A stretch of DNA of 64,000 nucleotides from Cirrosporium novae-zelandiae (GCA_026023565.1 JAPETS010000016.1:62001-126000), one strand, 5' to 3'; counted from the first letter of the stretch, positions 15,102-28,800 are shown. The notes: generated by a model from the sequence alone, not told the origin. Translations and numbers: made by a program.

Positions 15102-15623
15102 CTTTTACACTCTTTCAACACTCTTTCAATGCTCTCACCTTGATGAAGTAGCTGAAAGGCCGATGGTATCCTCTCCACTTCACCAAGGAAAAGTCATTAA
15201 GTGCTAGAAGGCCCAGAAAATGAATATAGGTCAAACTACGTCTAAATACTGCTAACAAATGTCGCTGTTGAGTTTGAGATCTCATTTCTTTTCTTCTTCA
15301 TCTAGTCCTTTCTATCAACTAAAATATCATATTAAAAAGGATTTTTATTCTACGCCGATATTATCGTCCGACTGAGGAAGTGGCTTGAGATTCCTTAATT
15401 CGTTTAAATCTAAAAAGAACCTCAAAACCTCCCCTTTGTTCAGCCTACGTCATGTGTTCAATATCTCTTCAAGCTCTCGATGCTTTCTTTCCCCCGATCT
15501 TGAAAATGAAATTTAATTCACAAATGCGTACCCATCAAAGATTTTCATATCCCCCCCCTCCCATACTTTTTCTGCCATAGAAATCAACGGTATATGACAT
15601 AATTTGAAGCGACCTTATAAGTC

Positions 15624-16019
15624 ATGGACTACAATTTCGAATCCATCCTAATCTCACCACGGGCATGGTCGAGACGGACATCTCTGTGGACACGACAATT
15701 CCCGAGTTCGAACCAGAAGGAAGACAATGACATTGGTTTGTTTGCATCCGAACCATCTCGCACAATATCTAAGTTTGAAATTGAAGCAGCCATGGATCAC
15801 TTGAGTCCATCATCTACTTCTAATCCAGACCCTGTAGAAGCCCAAGAACAAGACCTAGACGAAGACGACGACTACGTCCTCGTCCCCACCAACCCAGAAC
15901 TCCAATCCCAGAAATCCTCACCCAATCCCCCAACAACAACACAGAACATCTCCCACACAGCCACAGCCTCAAAATCAGAACCATCATCATTCCTAACAAT
16001 ACCAACCACAACAATATAG
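15624..16019 (+). CDS. Hypothetical protein, possibly frame-disrupted and extending to about 16262
   Basis: 131-aa ATG-initiated ORF with an acidic tract (EQDLDEDDDYVLVP). Coding-like sequence continues beyond the stop. Confidence 0.45.
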   Translation: MDYNFESILISPRAWSRRTSLWTRQFPSSNQKEDNDIGLFASEPSRTISKFEIEAAMDHLSPSSTSNPDPVEAQEQDLDEDDDYVLVPTNPELQSQKSSPNPPTTTQNISHTATASKSEPSSFLTIPTTTI

Positions 16020-16852
16020 GACAAAAACTAGACCCCGTCACAAACAACCAGAAGAACATAACCACCAGCGTAGGGGAATTGACCGAGGGGAGAACACACC
16101 CCATCACCACCACCACCATGGCCAACACCCCGGAACCAAGAGACCAGGTAGTATATAAAGACAAGCTTATCCGAAAATACCACTCGGAGCGACGGAAACG
16201 ACGAAGAAGTGCGTATCAGTCCCAGAAAGATGAGCCGGTGGCAGAGTGAGGAGGAGGGGTAGTATCCGCAGGCACAATACCAACATAAAAGAGAAAAAAA
16301 AATATAATTATTTATAATCCTATCCTTTATTCCACCAATCTTTTTTTAACATGACTTTATTTTTTTTAAAAAAATTTCATCTTGTTTAGATCTAGTTACT
16401 AGCAAGGCGACTGAGTCCCCTGTTGTTGTTAGAAACCACAAAACGATAAGTTCGAGCCGAAAACCATAATGTATGTGTTGTGGTATAAAGAGAAGAGCAT
16501 ATGTCGAAATGAATGGAAATAATAAACTCAAATCTCCAAACCCGAACCCAAACACAAACACAAGGAAAGCTTGCTTCTTTTGCTTGTTTTGGTGCAATCC
16601 TATTGAGATTCCCATAAACTCGATGATATATACCCCCTTTGATATAATAATCAAAACCCTGTCCACGAGTCCATCCATCCTTTACACAAAGTCCGCCATG
16701 AAATGCATACCGAAAACACCAAACGCCAAACGCCAACGCTGCCATGGCAAGGCCGATATAAAAACAATCCACTTTAAACAAATGGAATGGTTCATCGAAG
16801 GAGCGTCTGGGTTCACCCTCTAAAATTTTGATTTTGATATCGCAATTGCAGC

Positions 16853-18797
16853 TCAAGTCCTACTAGCATCATTCTCCCCGGAGCGGGAAGAAACCTTCCC
16901 ATGTGAACCACTAATGGTAGAAGCCATTCGCTTTAATCGTTGTCTTTCGGCCCACTCTCGACTAGCTAGGCGACCCCGCTCTGCTGCTTCGGCTCTAGCT
17001 TTTTTAGCAGCCTCCTCCTTTTCCTTTCTGGCTCGCTCGCGTTCCTCTTTTTCTAATTTATCCCTTTCGAAAATCTCGCGTGCTCGTTGTCGTTGCTGCG
17101 CCGCATCTTGCTTTGTGACTGTTGAACGACCCGTACCGTTGGTTAATGAGGACATGCTAGGTTTCCTAGATACAGGATGACCAACAGAAAGAGATATCTG
17201 GGGCACGGAAGTATTTGCTAGAGCTGCAGCACGGCGAGTCGTGCTAGTCGTGAGAGATGTATGGCGAACTCCATTGGAGCTACTGCCGACTGATGCTGTT
17301 CGAATCGTAGACGGTTTTGTGCTGGACTCGCGGCTATTATCGGAAACAAGGTCGGGTTGTTGCAAGCTAGCTCGTGCCCTTGAGGCTGCGGTTTCTCTGA
17401 CAAGAGGAGTGTGGTTGTGTGAATGCATGACTGGACGAGCTTTGAATTCCTTCCTCTTATTTTCTTCTTCTTCTTGGCGCTTGCGACGCTCCTCACGCTG
17501 CTCCCTCACACGTCGGGAAATAGCTTCACCTGGGAGTTCAAAAGTTGGAATAGTGAGAGGTTTCTGTGACTTGGCTGGCACAAAAGGCTTCTTCGCAAGG
17601 CTACTGGGCCGTCGTTTAAGAGTCTTACCAGGGCTTTCCTTAGGATGATCCTCCGGTTTCTCATTTTCCTTTTCAGCTCCAACCCTGTGTGGCTTTTCGG
17701 CATGCCCTGAACGTGTACGGGTATTCTTAGTTTCAATTGCCTTGTGAGGAGCTTGACTTCTGGAGGTCGATAGCTCTTTCTCAGGGCTGGTGGCCGCTTT
17801 GCTTCTAGTGATCCTTGTACTTGCTTTTGTCGGCGTAGTTTTCGGTTCAACGTTCCTGGTTTTCTTGCTGGAAACACCCGCTGACGGAGGCTTGGATATA
17901 CGATGTTTGGATGGGGTTAACTTGCCTTTGGCTGAGGACCTCGTGACTCTTGTAGGCTCAGGTTCAGACAGTTCTTTTAATTGCTTTATTGGTGATTCAA
18001 CTTCTCGTACAATGGGTAGCGCCTGACCAACTTGTTCGATCAAATCCTCAAATTCATCAATTGCGTCAACAGAATCTTCAATTCGCATTGGCTTTGCCGG
18101 GGAACGGCTAACGATGTGATCGACAAAAGAATCGTCATCTAGACTTGAGCCTTCGCTTTTGAGAGAGAGCATGCTCAGGCGTTTAACTGAGGTGCGCATA
18201 TCGTTGACGTCAAGATTGGCCATGTTCGGACTTTTTGGTAGCTCGTCGGAAATAGGTTCTACTTCTATACTGGCGTCAGTAATGGTTCGGTTCAAATATT
18301 TTTTCCGGGAGCCAGAGGATGGAATAATCGAGCAAGATTCCTGAAGAAATAAATCATTTTGCTTGATTGCATCTTGGTTTGTTGGTGAAATACGCGTGAG
18401 AGTGGAGTTGTATAGTACCTGCTGAGTTCCTTCCCCTTTCACTCAAGGTTTCAATCCTTGCGTCGTCAATTGCTTCGCTGGCATCACTTTGGTGCCCATC
18501 TTCCAAGACCTCGGCTTCATTTTCCGAATCAACCGTCCACTCTTCAACCACTGGCTTCTTGCCCTTCCTGCCTCTCCCTCCAGCCTTAGCCCCCTTCTTA
18601 GCAGGCATCTTTTTCTTCTCACCCTCTTCGGGGACTTCTTCAGCTAGTTCGTTTGCCTTGTTGTTGATGGTATGAGTGACTTCACCAAGGATCTCGCGCT
18701 GGAGATCCTTGGTAGCAGGGTTGACGTTATCTGGATCGTGATTAAGGAGTGCGGAGTTCTGTGCGGCGCGTAGGGCTGCGCGGGTTAAACGAGGCAT
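16853..18797 (-). CDS. TPX2-C-terminal-like, probable microtubule-associated protein
   Basis: Start MPRLTRAALR at 18797. The frame switch is resolved by a short intron (GTACTA...AAG, 18373-18418). Contains PFVPAKSQKPLTIPTFELPGEAISRR...EFKARP and a C-terminal coiled coil (ARAEAAERGRLASREWAE). Confidence 0.7.
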
Positions 18798-19522
18798 GTT
18801 TTCCTTTCGGGAAAGGCTCTGGAAGTATGATGTAGATAGTGCGATTAAGGTGGGGGTGGATAAATTTACGCAAAGGATTGTAATGGGAATGGATAATGCG
18901 CGAAATGGCAAATACGTCTGTTTACAAGAAGGAGATACAACTGAACACGAGAGGCCGGCTTCATGTTTGGCGGGAGAGGGTGAGGGGAAATATTTCTTGT
19001 ATCTCTGTTGATAATATTCAAATCCTCGATAATATGTAGCCCATAGCAACAAACGCGCTAATGCAACATATTGGATCCCCGGACTCGGCATCATACTCGC
19101 GTTCATTTTGCTTTTTTGTCGGATTTATACAAAAGTAGAGTGCAATGCTTTTCTGTATTTAAATAATCTCATACTCATTACAAAGTATCATGTCCATTTA
19201 CCTTATGGTTTTTCCATCATCAATCAAATGGGTATCTTTCCTGCTTCAAACAAATCCAAGCTCACGCCGCAGCGCCCAGGGTCCAAATACACGCAAAAGC
19301 AGATTACCGCAAAACCCAAACTTGGCTCGCCTGAGATCATGACAGAGCCACATTTTCCTGAAACGTGGCAACGTTGTGCAGATCCACATACTGTCAACGA
19401 CCATTTTGCATGCAGGCGAGCGTTCAAGTAGGAAGCCTCCAACCAAGACCCAATTTTGTCAACCCCGTATCGGGGAGCTCTCCGTGCAACCTGAAGCTTT
19501 CCATCTCGAATAAATCCACATC

Positions 19523-20111
19523 TCAAGCCTGATTGTGCTCGGTACCGCCCCCTGAGCTTGGTTGTGGTTGTAGTAACTGCGGTTGATCGGTCGGAATTCT
19601 GACGAGGGTTTTCGGTAAAGGGACCTTTTCCTTCTCTTGCTCTTGCTCAGTGCCATCCGATGGTTTTGGTTTGGGCATTGCCACTACAGAGAATTCTTAG
19701 TAAGCCGATCAAACGATGCTGGGTCACTAATATCCAAGCATCAATAAATATTTGGAGACTCAACTTGAAGCCATCTGGATGGCCCGTAGGACATTGTGCC
19801 AATTGCTCATTACTGCTGCGACAGCTAAAATAGAAAAATCATCAAACATTAGCCGGTTGTGTTTGTGGGCCAGAATTCCCCTCACCTTCTGTCCCATCAT
19901 TTAAAGTTGTTAACTTCTCATGCAACGCTTGCATTTGTGTGGCTAGTCCTGCGCTCAAATCTCTAAGTTGCTTCAGATTCTCTAATTCCGCTCTTTTTTC
20001 GTTGATTCGTGCTAAGAGTATTGGAGATTGGCTAGTCGAATGAGAACCACCACCCATAGAGGGTTGGCGAAGATTGGATGGGAGCCCAGAGGGCTTGTGG
20101 CCATATGACAT
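19523..20111 (-). CDS. DAD2: DASH/Dam1 complex subunit Dad2 (3 exons)
   Basis: LLARINEKRAELENLKQLRDLS...GTE|AVAAVMSNWHNVLRAIQMAS|...PLPKTLVRIP matches Dad2. Introns 19825-19885 and 19684-19764. Confidence 0.93.
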
Positions 20112-20541
20112 GGTTGGCTTGAAGGGTCGTTGGACGTAGGAATTTCAGAACTGTTGTAGAAAATATTTTGTATTTTGTGATGTAATGGTAGTTTTATAAG
20201 ATTTGATATTAAAGTAATAGTACTCAAATGTTAATTTGTTTTGTAAATGTGATGTTCGGTTGGATAGGCCAGGTACTTGAGTTACGCGACTGGTCCGGAC
20301 CTATCAGCGCCGGTAGAGAACTAATGGCGCTGCAAGGGTCCCCGAACCGACGCTAAACCAAAGATAGCAGCATGTAAACACTGCTTTTCTTTGGAAAATC
20401 AACATCTTTACCAATTACTATCAACCACCAAATGAAGAACTTTAGCTCTTGTTGCTCTTCAAATTCGAGCCTTCATATGATTTTCAGATTGGAAACAAAT
20501 CACAACTTATCACTTGAACCGCCACAACAAAGACAGACTTG
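20112..20541. promoter_or_regulatory. Divergent DAD2/SGO1 promoter with MCB-like and forkhead-like motifs
   Basis: 430 bp between the divergent ATGs. ACGCGA at 20284-20289 and GTAAACA at 20374-20380. Confidence 0.5.
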
Positions 20542-23020
20542 ATGGCGCGGCTGAATGAGCCCGCTCCACCACCGCAACCCTTTGAGTCGATTGATGCCCG
20601 TGAGTTCTTCATATCAATCGCGCAGGTCTTTTTAGAATGCGTACACTAATTGAATGTGTGAAAAATAGTCAAGCGACGATTCATACGGCAAAATAGAGAA
20701 ATTGCAAGGTAGGATTCCTTTATTATATTAAATACAAGCCCTCAAGCTAATCTCCCTTGTTTATAGGGCAAACTCTACTCAGTCTCTGCGCATTCGTAAT
20801 CTTGAGCAGGAGGTCTCGCGTCTTCTCGCTGAGAATCTTGGTTTGCGAGAACAAATTATACGATTAGAAAATGAGGTTGACCAACGTGATGCCACAGCGA
20901 CCATTGGGGAGAATGTTGACCTTGTACGAAATAAACTGGAGGGGAAGATGGCCGAGTTTATGGAACTTATCGCCGAACTTGGTGTGGCCACATCGAAGAA
21001 CAGTTCCTCTAAAAGGAGGAGAAGGTCAGAGAGGACGTCGTTGAGGAATTCACTTGATCAACAAAACTGGAAGAATGCCATGACTCTGGCCGATGTAACA
21101 GGACAGGAAGGGCGACTTCCACCAATAATGGAGGACAAATACTACCCTAGAAAAACGCTAGAGTATGTGAAAACATTGCACAACGCGCATTGGATTGATT
21201 ACTGACCCATTGATAGCCCAGAAGAATTATTGGAAACGCTCGCGGATACAAACCCCGAGACAGATTCGCCTGACTTGGGACCACCACCAGTAGCTCATTT
21301 TTACACCGGGGACCCCATCAAGTTTGATCCAGAAAAGAATACAACCGAGGATGAACCAGAAGAAATGAATGAAGTTGATGGGCTAATACTTCCACCGACT
21401 CTGGAGACTAGGCGAAAACGACGAGATAGTATATTTGGCGACCTTCCTTCTACATCCCAAAATGAGGAGCTCCAGACATCAGATATCCCGGCAGTGTTGG
21501 AGCAACGAAAAGTCGTTCTCAAGTCTGGCGCAAAGCGAAAACTTAGTGTGAGGGATGACGAGGAGGATGCGGCTATATCATCTCCAGAGGATTTCCAATA
21601 CACCCGCCGAAAGCCCACTAGTGATACCGAGTCTGGCACGGATGACCTAGAAAGGCACACTTCTAGACGTTCTAGTACCCACAAAAGCACCCAACATAGA
21701 ACAAAAGAAAGGTCGAGATCGAGATCTAGATCGAGGCCCGGGACTACAGAGTCATATTCTAAGATAGAGAATGGTGGTAGGAGGGCATTGGCTTCCAAAA
21801 GCACCAACATGGATCCAAAATCGCCATCCAAAAAGGATAAAGAGAAGGATTGTGTTGCTGATAAGATCGCCGACCTTAAGAAAGATGCAGTAAAGCAAGT
21901 AAGGGAAAAGGACCATGTGCGGTCAAGGAAGCCAACTATTAAAGTTATCAAACCTTCCCCAACAGAAGAGCTCACCCAATCGGATGAACCCAAGGAAGCC
22001 TCCAGCAAACAAAATCCAGAGACTCCTGCGGCTGCAGATCTCTTCTCCCCACCTTCAATTGAGCCTACGGCCCGAGTCGAGACCCGCGATACACCTCCAC
22101 CAGAAGACATCTCGAACGATACTGCTTTTAACTCGTTCGGCCGCTCTACTCGCCGCGCTAGGCCCGTGAGTTATGCGGAGCCTAACCTTCGCGATAAGAT
22201 GCGACGTCCCACGAAGGAACTTGTTGATGCTGTTGGACCCAATGAACATGGTCACAGACCTTCAGTGAGCTCCATAAAGATTGAAGACGAGAATCGACTG
22301 ACTAATGGGACAGAGCGGGAAAGTGAAGGGCGCAAGATAAGGACCGTAATCATTAAGACGGAGAACGGTCACAGCGCCAATTGGAAAAACCTTCCTAGTT
22401 CGAAGAGTAACGAGCAAGACGAAGAGCAATCACCTCCAAGTCCGTTAGGAGACAAATCTGCCGCCATCGCTGCAGCACAATTGCCAGCAAGTGTGATGAC
22501 CGAGAGAAAGCGACGGGTATCGAGTCAGAGAGATCAAAACTCGGAGTCCAATTCAAATACAAGTTCGAACTCACATTCCAACTCTGAAACCATGGTCCAA
22601 AACAGAAAATCTAGTACAGGATTAAGAAAAAGACCTAGCAGCGATGAAAAAGACATCCAGGACGTTATACAACACCTCGACATATACGAATTCAACCCGA
22701 CATCCCCTCCAGACCCCAATCAGAAACTACAGTTTAGAAGTGCAGAAACCAAACAAAACGGGCCTTCAAGAGGTACACGGAGACATTCTGCTGCACCAGT
22801 CTCGTCCTCCGTTGCAAGCAGGGCAAGGAAGAAGGACATGAATGATGCTCGGGATAGACAGGAGGAGGACAATCCGTTTATGATGAAAGTGAATAAGAAT
22901 ATTGCCGGTAGAGAATCAAGGAATTCTCGAACTAGTGGGGGTATGAGGGGTGTTCCATCTGCAGATGTCGCCGCTCGGCTGGAAAGAGCAGCAAGGAGAA
23001 GAAGGAGTATGATGATTTAA
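20542..23020 (+). CDS. SGO1: Shugoshin (4 exons)
   Basis: N-terminal coiled coil MARLNE...LKRRFIRQNREIARANSTQSLRIRNLE and basic SGO motif RRARPVSYAEPNLRDKMRRP. Introns 20600-20668, 20709-20766 and 21163-21216 all keep frame. Confidence 0.95.
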
Positions 23021-24078
23021 TTAAAGGGGGGAATGATATCCTTTTTTTTATAACTTCTCCCTCTCCCGTTGTATAACAGCAAATGGAGTTGGGGAAACCT
23101 GGCTTGTTGTTTAATTGATATGAATGTGACCCACGCTCTCTATCTGAATTGAACTAACTTTTGAAACTTTGGAATTTGGGGGAGGATGGATGGATGGATG
23201 GATGGGATTTTTGGTTTATGATACCCCCACCCTATTACCAAAACCCTAAATCCTAGGAGTGTGTATTTGTCTTGAGGGTTTTGGGGAAGTAAATTAGAAT
23301 AGGATAGGATAGGTTTTTTTTTATATATAAGTGTGTCGTGTGTCTTATTGGTTATTAATGAAAATGAATGGTAATGGTTTAACGGACGGATGTTGAAGAA
23401 GAAATGTCGATCGATACCTCTTAAAACAATTATATTCCCGATTAAGTAGACGGCGGTGGCAGTAATTAACAGACCATTAGAATATATGAATACGGATAAT
23501 AAAGAAATAGTTAAAACGAACGAAGTTGGTAGGGTAGGGTAGGGTAGGTGTAGGGGCTAATTATCAAGAATAAATAAATAAAAAGAGGATATATATAATG
23601 ATCCCATCCATCCATCCAGTAGTAAGTTGGAATTAAAAGTAGAGAAAGCTCATCTAGCTTCTTGTCTTGTCTATTTACCCCCCCGAATCTAGGCATATAG
23701 CAAGCAATGCAATGCAAGCAATTGTAGTTTCATACGCAATACACAATACCTCCTCACTCAGCCCGACACGACAAACGACATCCCCTTCCAAGGGGTTTTT
23801 TTTTGAATTTATGTGTAAAAAAACCCAAAATACCCAATAATATAGTCCAAACGAAATGAAACGAAACAACAAAACACCAATTTAAGTTAATGGTGTGGTG
23901 GTTGGTATCCTCTTTATCATAATTCCACATTTCTCGTCTTCTTTTGTCCCAATATAAGCAAAGGAAGGTAGGTGGTTCACGAGATTCTATTATGAATCTA
24001 AACACACACGACACACGACACCCCCCCTCCCCCCATTTATTACACACCCGACTTTTACATCCTCCTCTTCTCTCCTAC

Positions 24079-24833
24079 CTAACCCCTCGGTTGTTGTTTA
24101 TCATACTTCGGCATCCTCTCATAAGCATTAGGACTCTGTCTCCTCGCCCCCTTCACCTTTCCCTTGTTATCTCTTCCTTGCCTCCCGTCCTTCTTGCCTC
24201 CCTTATCGTTGTGGTCGTTGTTGTCATCGGCGTCGCTATCATGATTATGGTCATGGTCATGCTTGTGATTATGATCATGGGGAAGCATCCGTCTATTATT
24301 CTTTTTTCGATCTTCGCCTACACGGCGGGCACGGTCGGGGGGAGAATCGCTATCATCACTACTGTCGGAGTTTGAGGATGAACTCGAGGAATCTGATGAG
24401 GAGTCGGAGGGATCGCGGTCTTTATGATAGATACAGCAGACTAGAGAAAGAAACTTTAATTGACAAGCTCCCCGGCTGAGATAGAAACTGAATTGGAAGG
24501 GATAGGATATATTCTAGGGGGATGTATCAAGGAGTCCAAGGTGGGGGGAGGGAACAGGAATGGACCCTACGACGCTGAGTTTATAAATCCTAGGATTAAC
24601 ATACCTTTACTACTCTTTCTCCCTAGCCCCTCATTATCCACAACATCTTCTGCCCATCGGATTCTTCTTCCCTGTCCCTGTGGAAGCGATATGCCTCTCA
24701 ATCTCAGAGTGGGTTGACCGCCGGCGGTCGCCCGTAATTCCATTATTTGAGTAGAAGATCCATGGGATGGGCTATCAGTTCGAAGTACAGAGGTAACGGC
24801 GCCTACTCTAGCTGTAGAAGGTGGGGAGCTCAT
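24079..24833 (-). CDS. YPI1: Type 1 protein phosphatase regulator Ypi1 / inhibitor-3 (2 exons)
   Basis: RRIRWAEDVVDNEGLGRKSSK|VCCIYHK (RVxW-type PP1 docking motif plus CCIYHK) and C-terminal SPNAYERMPK. Intron 24441-24604. Confidence 0.95.
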
Positions 24834-25814
24834 GATTTTTATGTTTTGGGTGATAAAGAAGATGGTTATATAGGGTATGAAAAAATAGATTTAGTGAGCG
24901 TTTGAATGGTTGTGGTCCTTTCACTTAATCTTAATGTATTGACCGGAGAAAAAGACAAATAAATGGCATAGTACGCAGTACAGGTAGTTCGTAAAGACGG
25001 TAAAAAGTCGTTCGTTGTTTTATGTTGATCCTCGGGTTGTTTGTGAACTGTTCAGGAAGAAGTTCATGACGTCGGGCAAACTTAGAGTTTAGCGGCCGCT
25101 CAAGCTGAAGTTTATTTATAACAATGTCAAATCGCACAACTCCAAGTAATTACCACAACACCCAACTTAGATGCTCTATACATTGACAAAGCATCAAAGC
25201 CAAGCCAAGGACAACTTCAAGGTAAACAAACTTCATGTCCAGGAAATAGAATGGGTTTACAGTTTTGATCGTTACTGCTTACTGTGTATAGATTGTTTAT
25301 CGTTTTACTTTAAGATTCCAACGAAAAATTTTAATGCCCACGTGCCATACAATTCATTACTTCCTCCCTTCTTCATACGGCCTCATGAGACCCATACGTA
25401 CCATGCTATACCAAAGTCTTCACTGAATTTTTTTAATCATATACTACTGTCCGTCCCATCATTGCAACTTCGCCAATCTCCATGAACCTCCGCTTTTGAT
25501 GTGGAGAATGCCTCCTATTTTAGCTTCAACTCACAAGAACAATCCTGGATAGCCTTTATCAAAAGCGAAAGTGACGACTCGTTCATCACAACAATTCAAT
25601 AATGCTTGCTTGGCATTGAGCCACCTAGAACTGCATGCCATTGCCAAACATCATCATGGATAGTCCTCCTTCACGCATCGTACAGTCCCCAACCATCCAA
25701 ACCATCTGATTCAGTCGTCGTAGGACATGGTATAGCAGAGTTTGAGGATAGATTTGTTTGACCATCATGCGCAATAGCGCGTGTGGAAAGCTCTGCCCTG
25801 AATTCCTCATCCAG

Positions 25815-28800
25815 TCATAGCTCATCATCTTGGTCCAATTCTGCAGGTTTCAGTAATCCACCCACTTTCATTGCACGCTCCCTTTCCGCGTCTTTCGCTG
25901 CTTTTGCTGCCTGCTCGCGCTCTTCTGCAAACAGCTCAGCATTATCGCCCGAGAATTCTTTAAGCTGGACAAGGAAGTCACGGAGGTTAAGCTTAAACCT
26001 AGATAGGTCGTTGTTGAGTGCAAAGAGACCGTCCACGAACTGACCGATTTGGATGCTAGAGATTATTAGCGTGTGACTTATTGGAGTAGAAGCAGGAGAG
26101 CTCACGGCTGGAGGTTGGGGAATGCATTCTGGAGAAGAGTGCCAATGAATTCTCGAAGGAAGTCTTTGTTTGAAGTTCCCGGTGGCGCCTGATCAGGTTT
26201 GTAGACAGGCTCTTGTATTTTTCCAGACTCAACAAAGTAGAACATCCTTGCTAGCAACATGGACTGAGATTTGAAGCCTATATAATCGTAAGAAAATTGC
26301 CAAAGTAGCAAAAGAAATAAGGAATAACTTACCAGCTTTATGGTCAGTATCGGTCAAGACGAAGAAAACATCCTGGAGGATCGATAAGAAGAATTCCCTG
26401 AAAAACACACTCGAAATTTCGGGCGATGCCTCTGCCATGTTGTTCAATAGCTCGAGACACATGTTCAGACCTGTGCTCTCGACTTCCCGATTATCATGTT
26501 TGCTAGCCCACATGCAAGAGTCCACGACTAGCTTAAACTGTGGAATTGACATCTTGACTAGGGCTGGGAAGCAGTAGAGGTTAATGGCTTGTAGAAGCTT
26601 AAAGAATGAGACACGATGTTCTGGATACTCGGAAAAGTCCTTGTTGATCATGTCCAGGGTGCATTCAAAGACATTTTCCATGATACCTGGGACCTTGTCC
26701 TCCATCAAGCCCTGTAAAAAATCAGTATACCTGCATCCATGCGCAGAAAATCTCACGTCTAACCGAGAACCGAGATCGGTGGGGGGTCCAACGTACATGA
26801 AGCTTCGATATAATAGTGGTCATTACGTTTAGCACTTCGGCTTCTCGGGCATCAGGAACATTTCGGTTGTAATCGACGAGCACTGCCTCAAGAAGGGAGG
26901 GAACCATTTGTGCGTTTACCATTTCGAGGTCATCAGCCTTTTGAACGTAAATGTCGATAAGTTTCAATATCTCTTTTTTGATGGTACGCAAGCCTCGAAC
27001 TTTGGGTGTCTTGGTGGCAATTGGACCTAATGGAGGTTAGATCTAGAAAAATGCAATATATCATTGCAAAAAACTACTCACCATCACGAGCTACGGCCTC
27101 GTTGATTAGCTGGCTAGATGCTCGATACATCTGTAGCATATCTAGGAAAATGCGCCCTATTTGTGGATAGAAGTAGCTTCCAATAGAAGAACAAGCAGCA
27201 ACGTTAGTCTTCATGATATTTCCAATGACCTTTATGGTATCGCCGTCTTGTAATATAGACGGATTCTTGGTGGCTTGTTGGATTATATTATCCCACTAGA
27301 GAATATTAGTGCCAGCATAATTTTTAGCACTCGACTGATACATACAGCCTGGTTTGGAAACGACATCAGGTCACCGATAAGTCGCTCCTGTAGGTTCTTT
27401 TGGCCCTGAGCACTGATCATGTATCCGCATGCTTCATAGAAAGTATGAACTTGTTGTGGAGAGAGATCGCATGTGATTTTTTGCATACTCCGGACAATCT
27501 CATCAATAAAAGGTTCAGATTCACCAGACTGCAGAACAACAAAATGGCGCTTGCATTTATTCGCAATCTTGATGAATGTATCGCACGCCATATCTTGGAC
27601 ACCTATGAAACCGTCAATGAATACCCTGGTAAAAATAGCTATTCACTTACCTTCATGAGTCTCGTGCATGAACTCGAAGAGCTTGTTAACGACGGTCTTA
27701 AGGAATTTCCAATGGGCCTTTAGGAATCGAGGATATTGGCCGACAATATACATGATGTTGCTGGCAACAACAGCCTTGTTGTCTTTGCCTCGCTTCATTT
27801 CAGTCAACCCAAGCAAATCCTTAATAACAGTGACCAAGAATCTCTTCTCTGTCTCCTCACTCATTGCACCGGAGATTGATCCAATAGCCCAGCAAAGAGT
27901 ATTGCAGTTAGCCCAGGACCATTCAGTGCCATCTACTTGTCGTTGGAGCTTATCGGACATTATTTGTTCCGTATCGACAACATCAAGATGAGTGAGATAC
28001 ACAAGGCATTCCCTCGTTGTCTTGTATAATTGAATGGTATCACTTTCTTTGACGAACTCACGAACAATCTCTCCTTCATCATTCTCTACGATCAAGACTT
28101 CTTCTGGTTTGACCATCCTCTCTATCATAACCCTTCGAAGTTGTGATAACACCGCATTGTACTTATGCTTTCTAAGGGGGTAGTTGGCGAGTGTGCTCGG
28201 ATGAGGCGCTCCTCCATTGGACAATCCGCTAACACCCATATGAATGAGGGGTGTTATATCCGTTATAGGCAATTGTTGCATCTCTTCATAGAGCTCTTGT
28301 ACAAGCTTCGTCCAGTATTCCAAGCAGATCTTGAATATTTCCCGGTCATCGATGGAGCTAATTCGAATTAGGTAAAGATGGCCATGGAGTAGAAAGTCTT
28401 GGTTCGGGAGCTTTTCGATTATCTGGTTATCGGTCAGAAAGTTGATCCAGACTCTTTTTTTTGCTACGATCGTGGCACATAAATAAAAAACGAGCGTAAA
28501 CTTCATACATACATTAAGATGCGCGGAGAAGAAATTGCATAAAAATAAGGCTAGATTTTGGATGAACTCCTGGTCTCGGGAATTACTCGAAGGATATGTC
28601 GTCTTCAGGTCAATATGAAGAGGCACAATCCCTGAGACTGTGGTGAGAACTTCAGTGAACATCTGCACCAATTTTTCGTCGTAGTTGTATTGAGGTCCGA
28701 TTTGCAATCCACCAATTTCTGTAAGGCACTTCAACGTAAGATTCCGGAATTCAGGCACCTCGAGAAATCGGGTTCTAAGGGTCTCAATGATAGGAGTTTC

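Noticed and set aside
21301..22110. 269-aa antisense ORF within SGO1, and similar shadow ORFs in PBP1, the mucin gene and BUD6
   Set aside because: These are expected antisense or alternative-frame shadows of low-complexity coding sequence, with no protein-like motifs.
24190..24285. His/Asp-rich tract in Ypi1 as a novel metal-binding module
   Set aside because: It is a low-complexity expansion in a disordered region, with no further evidence of function.
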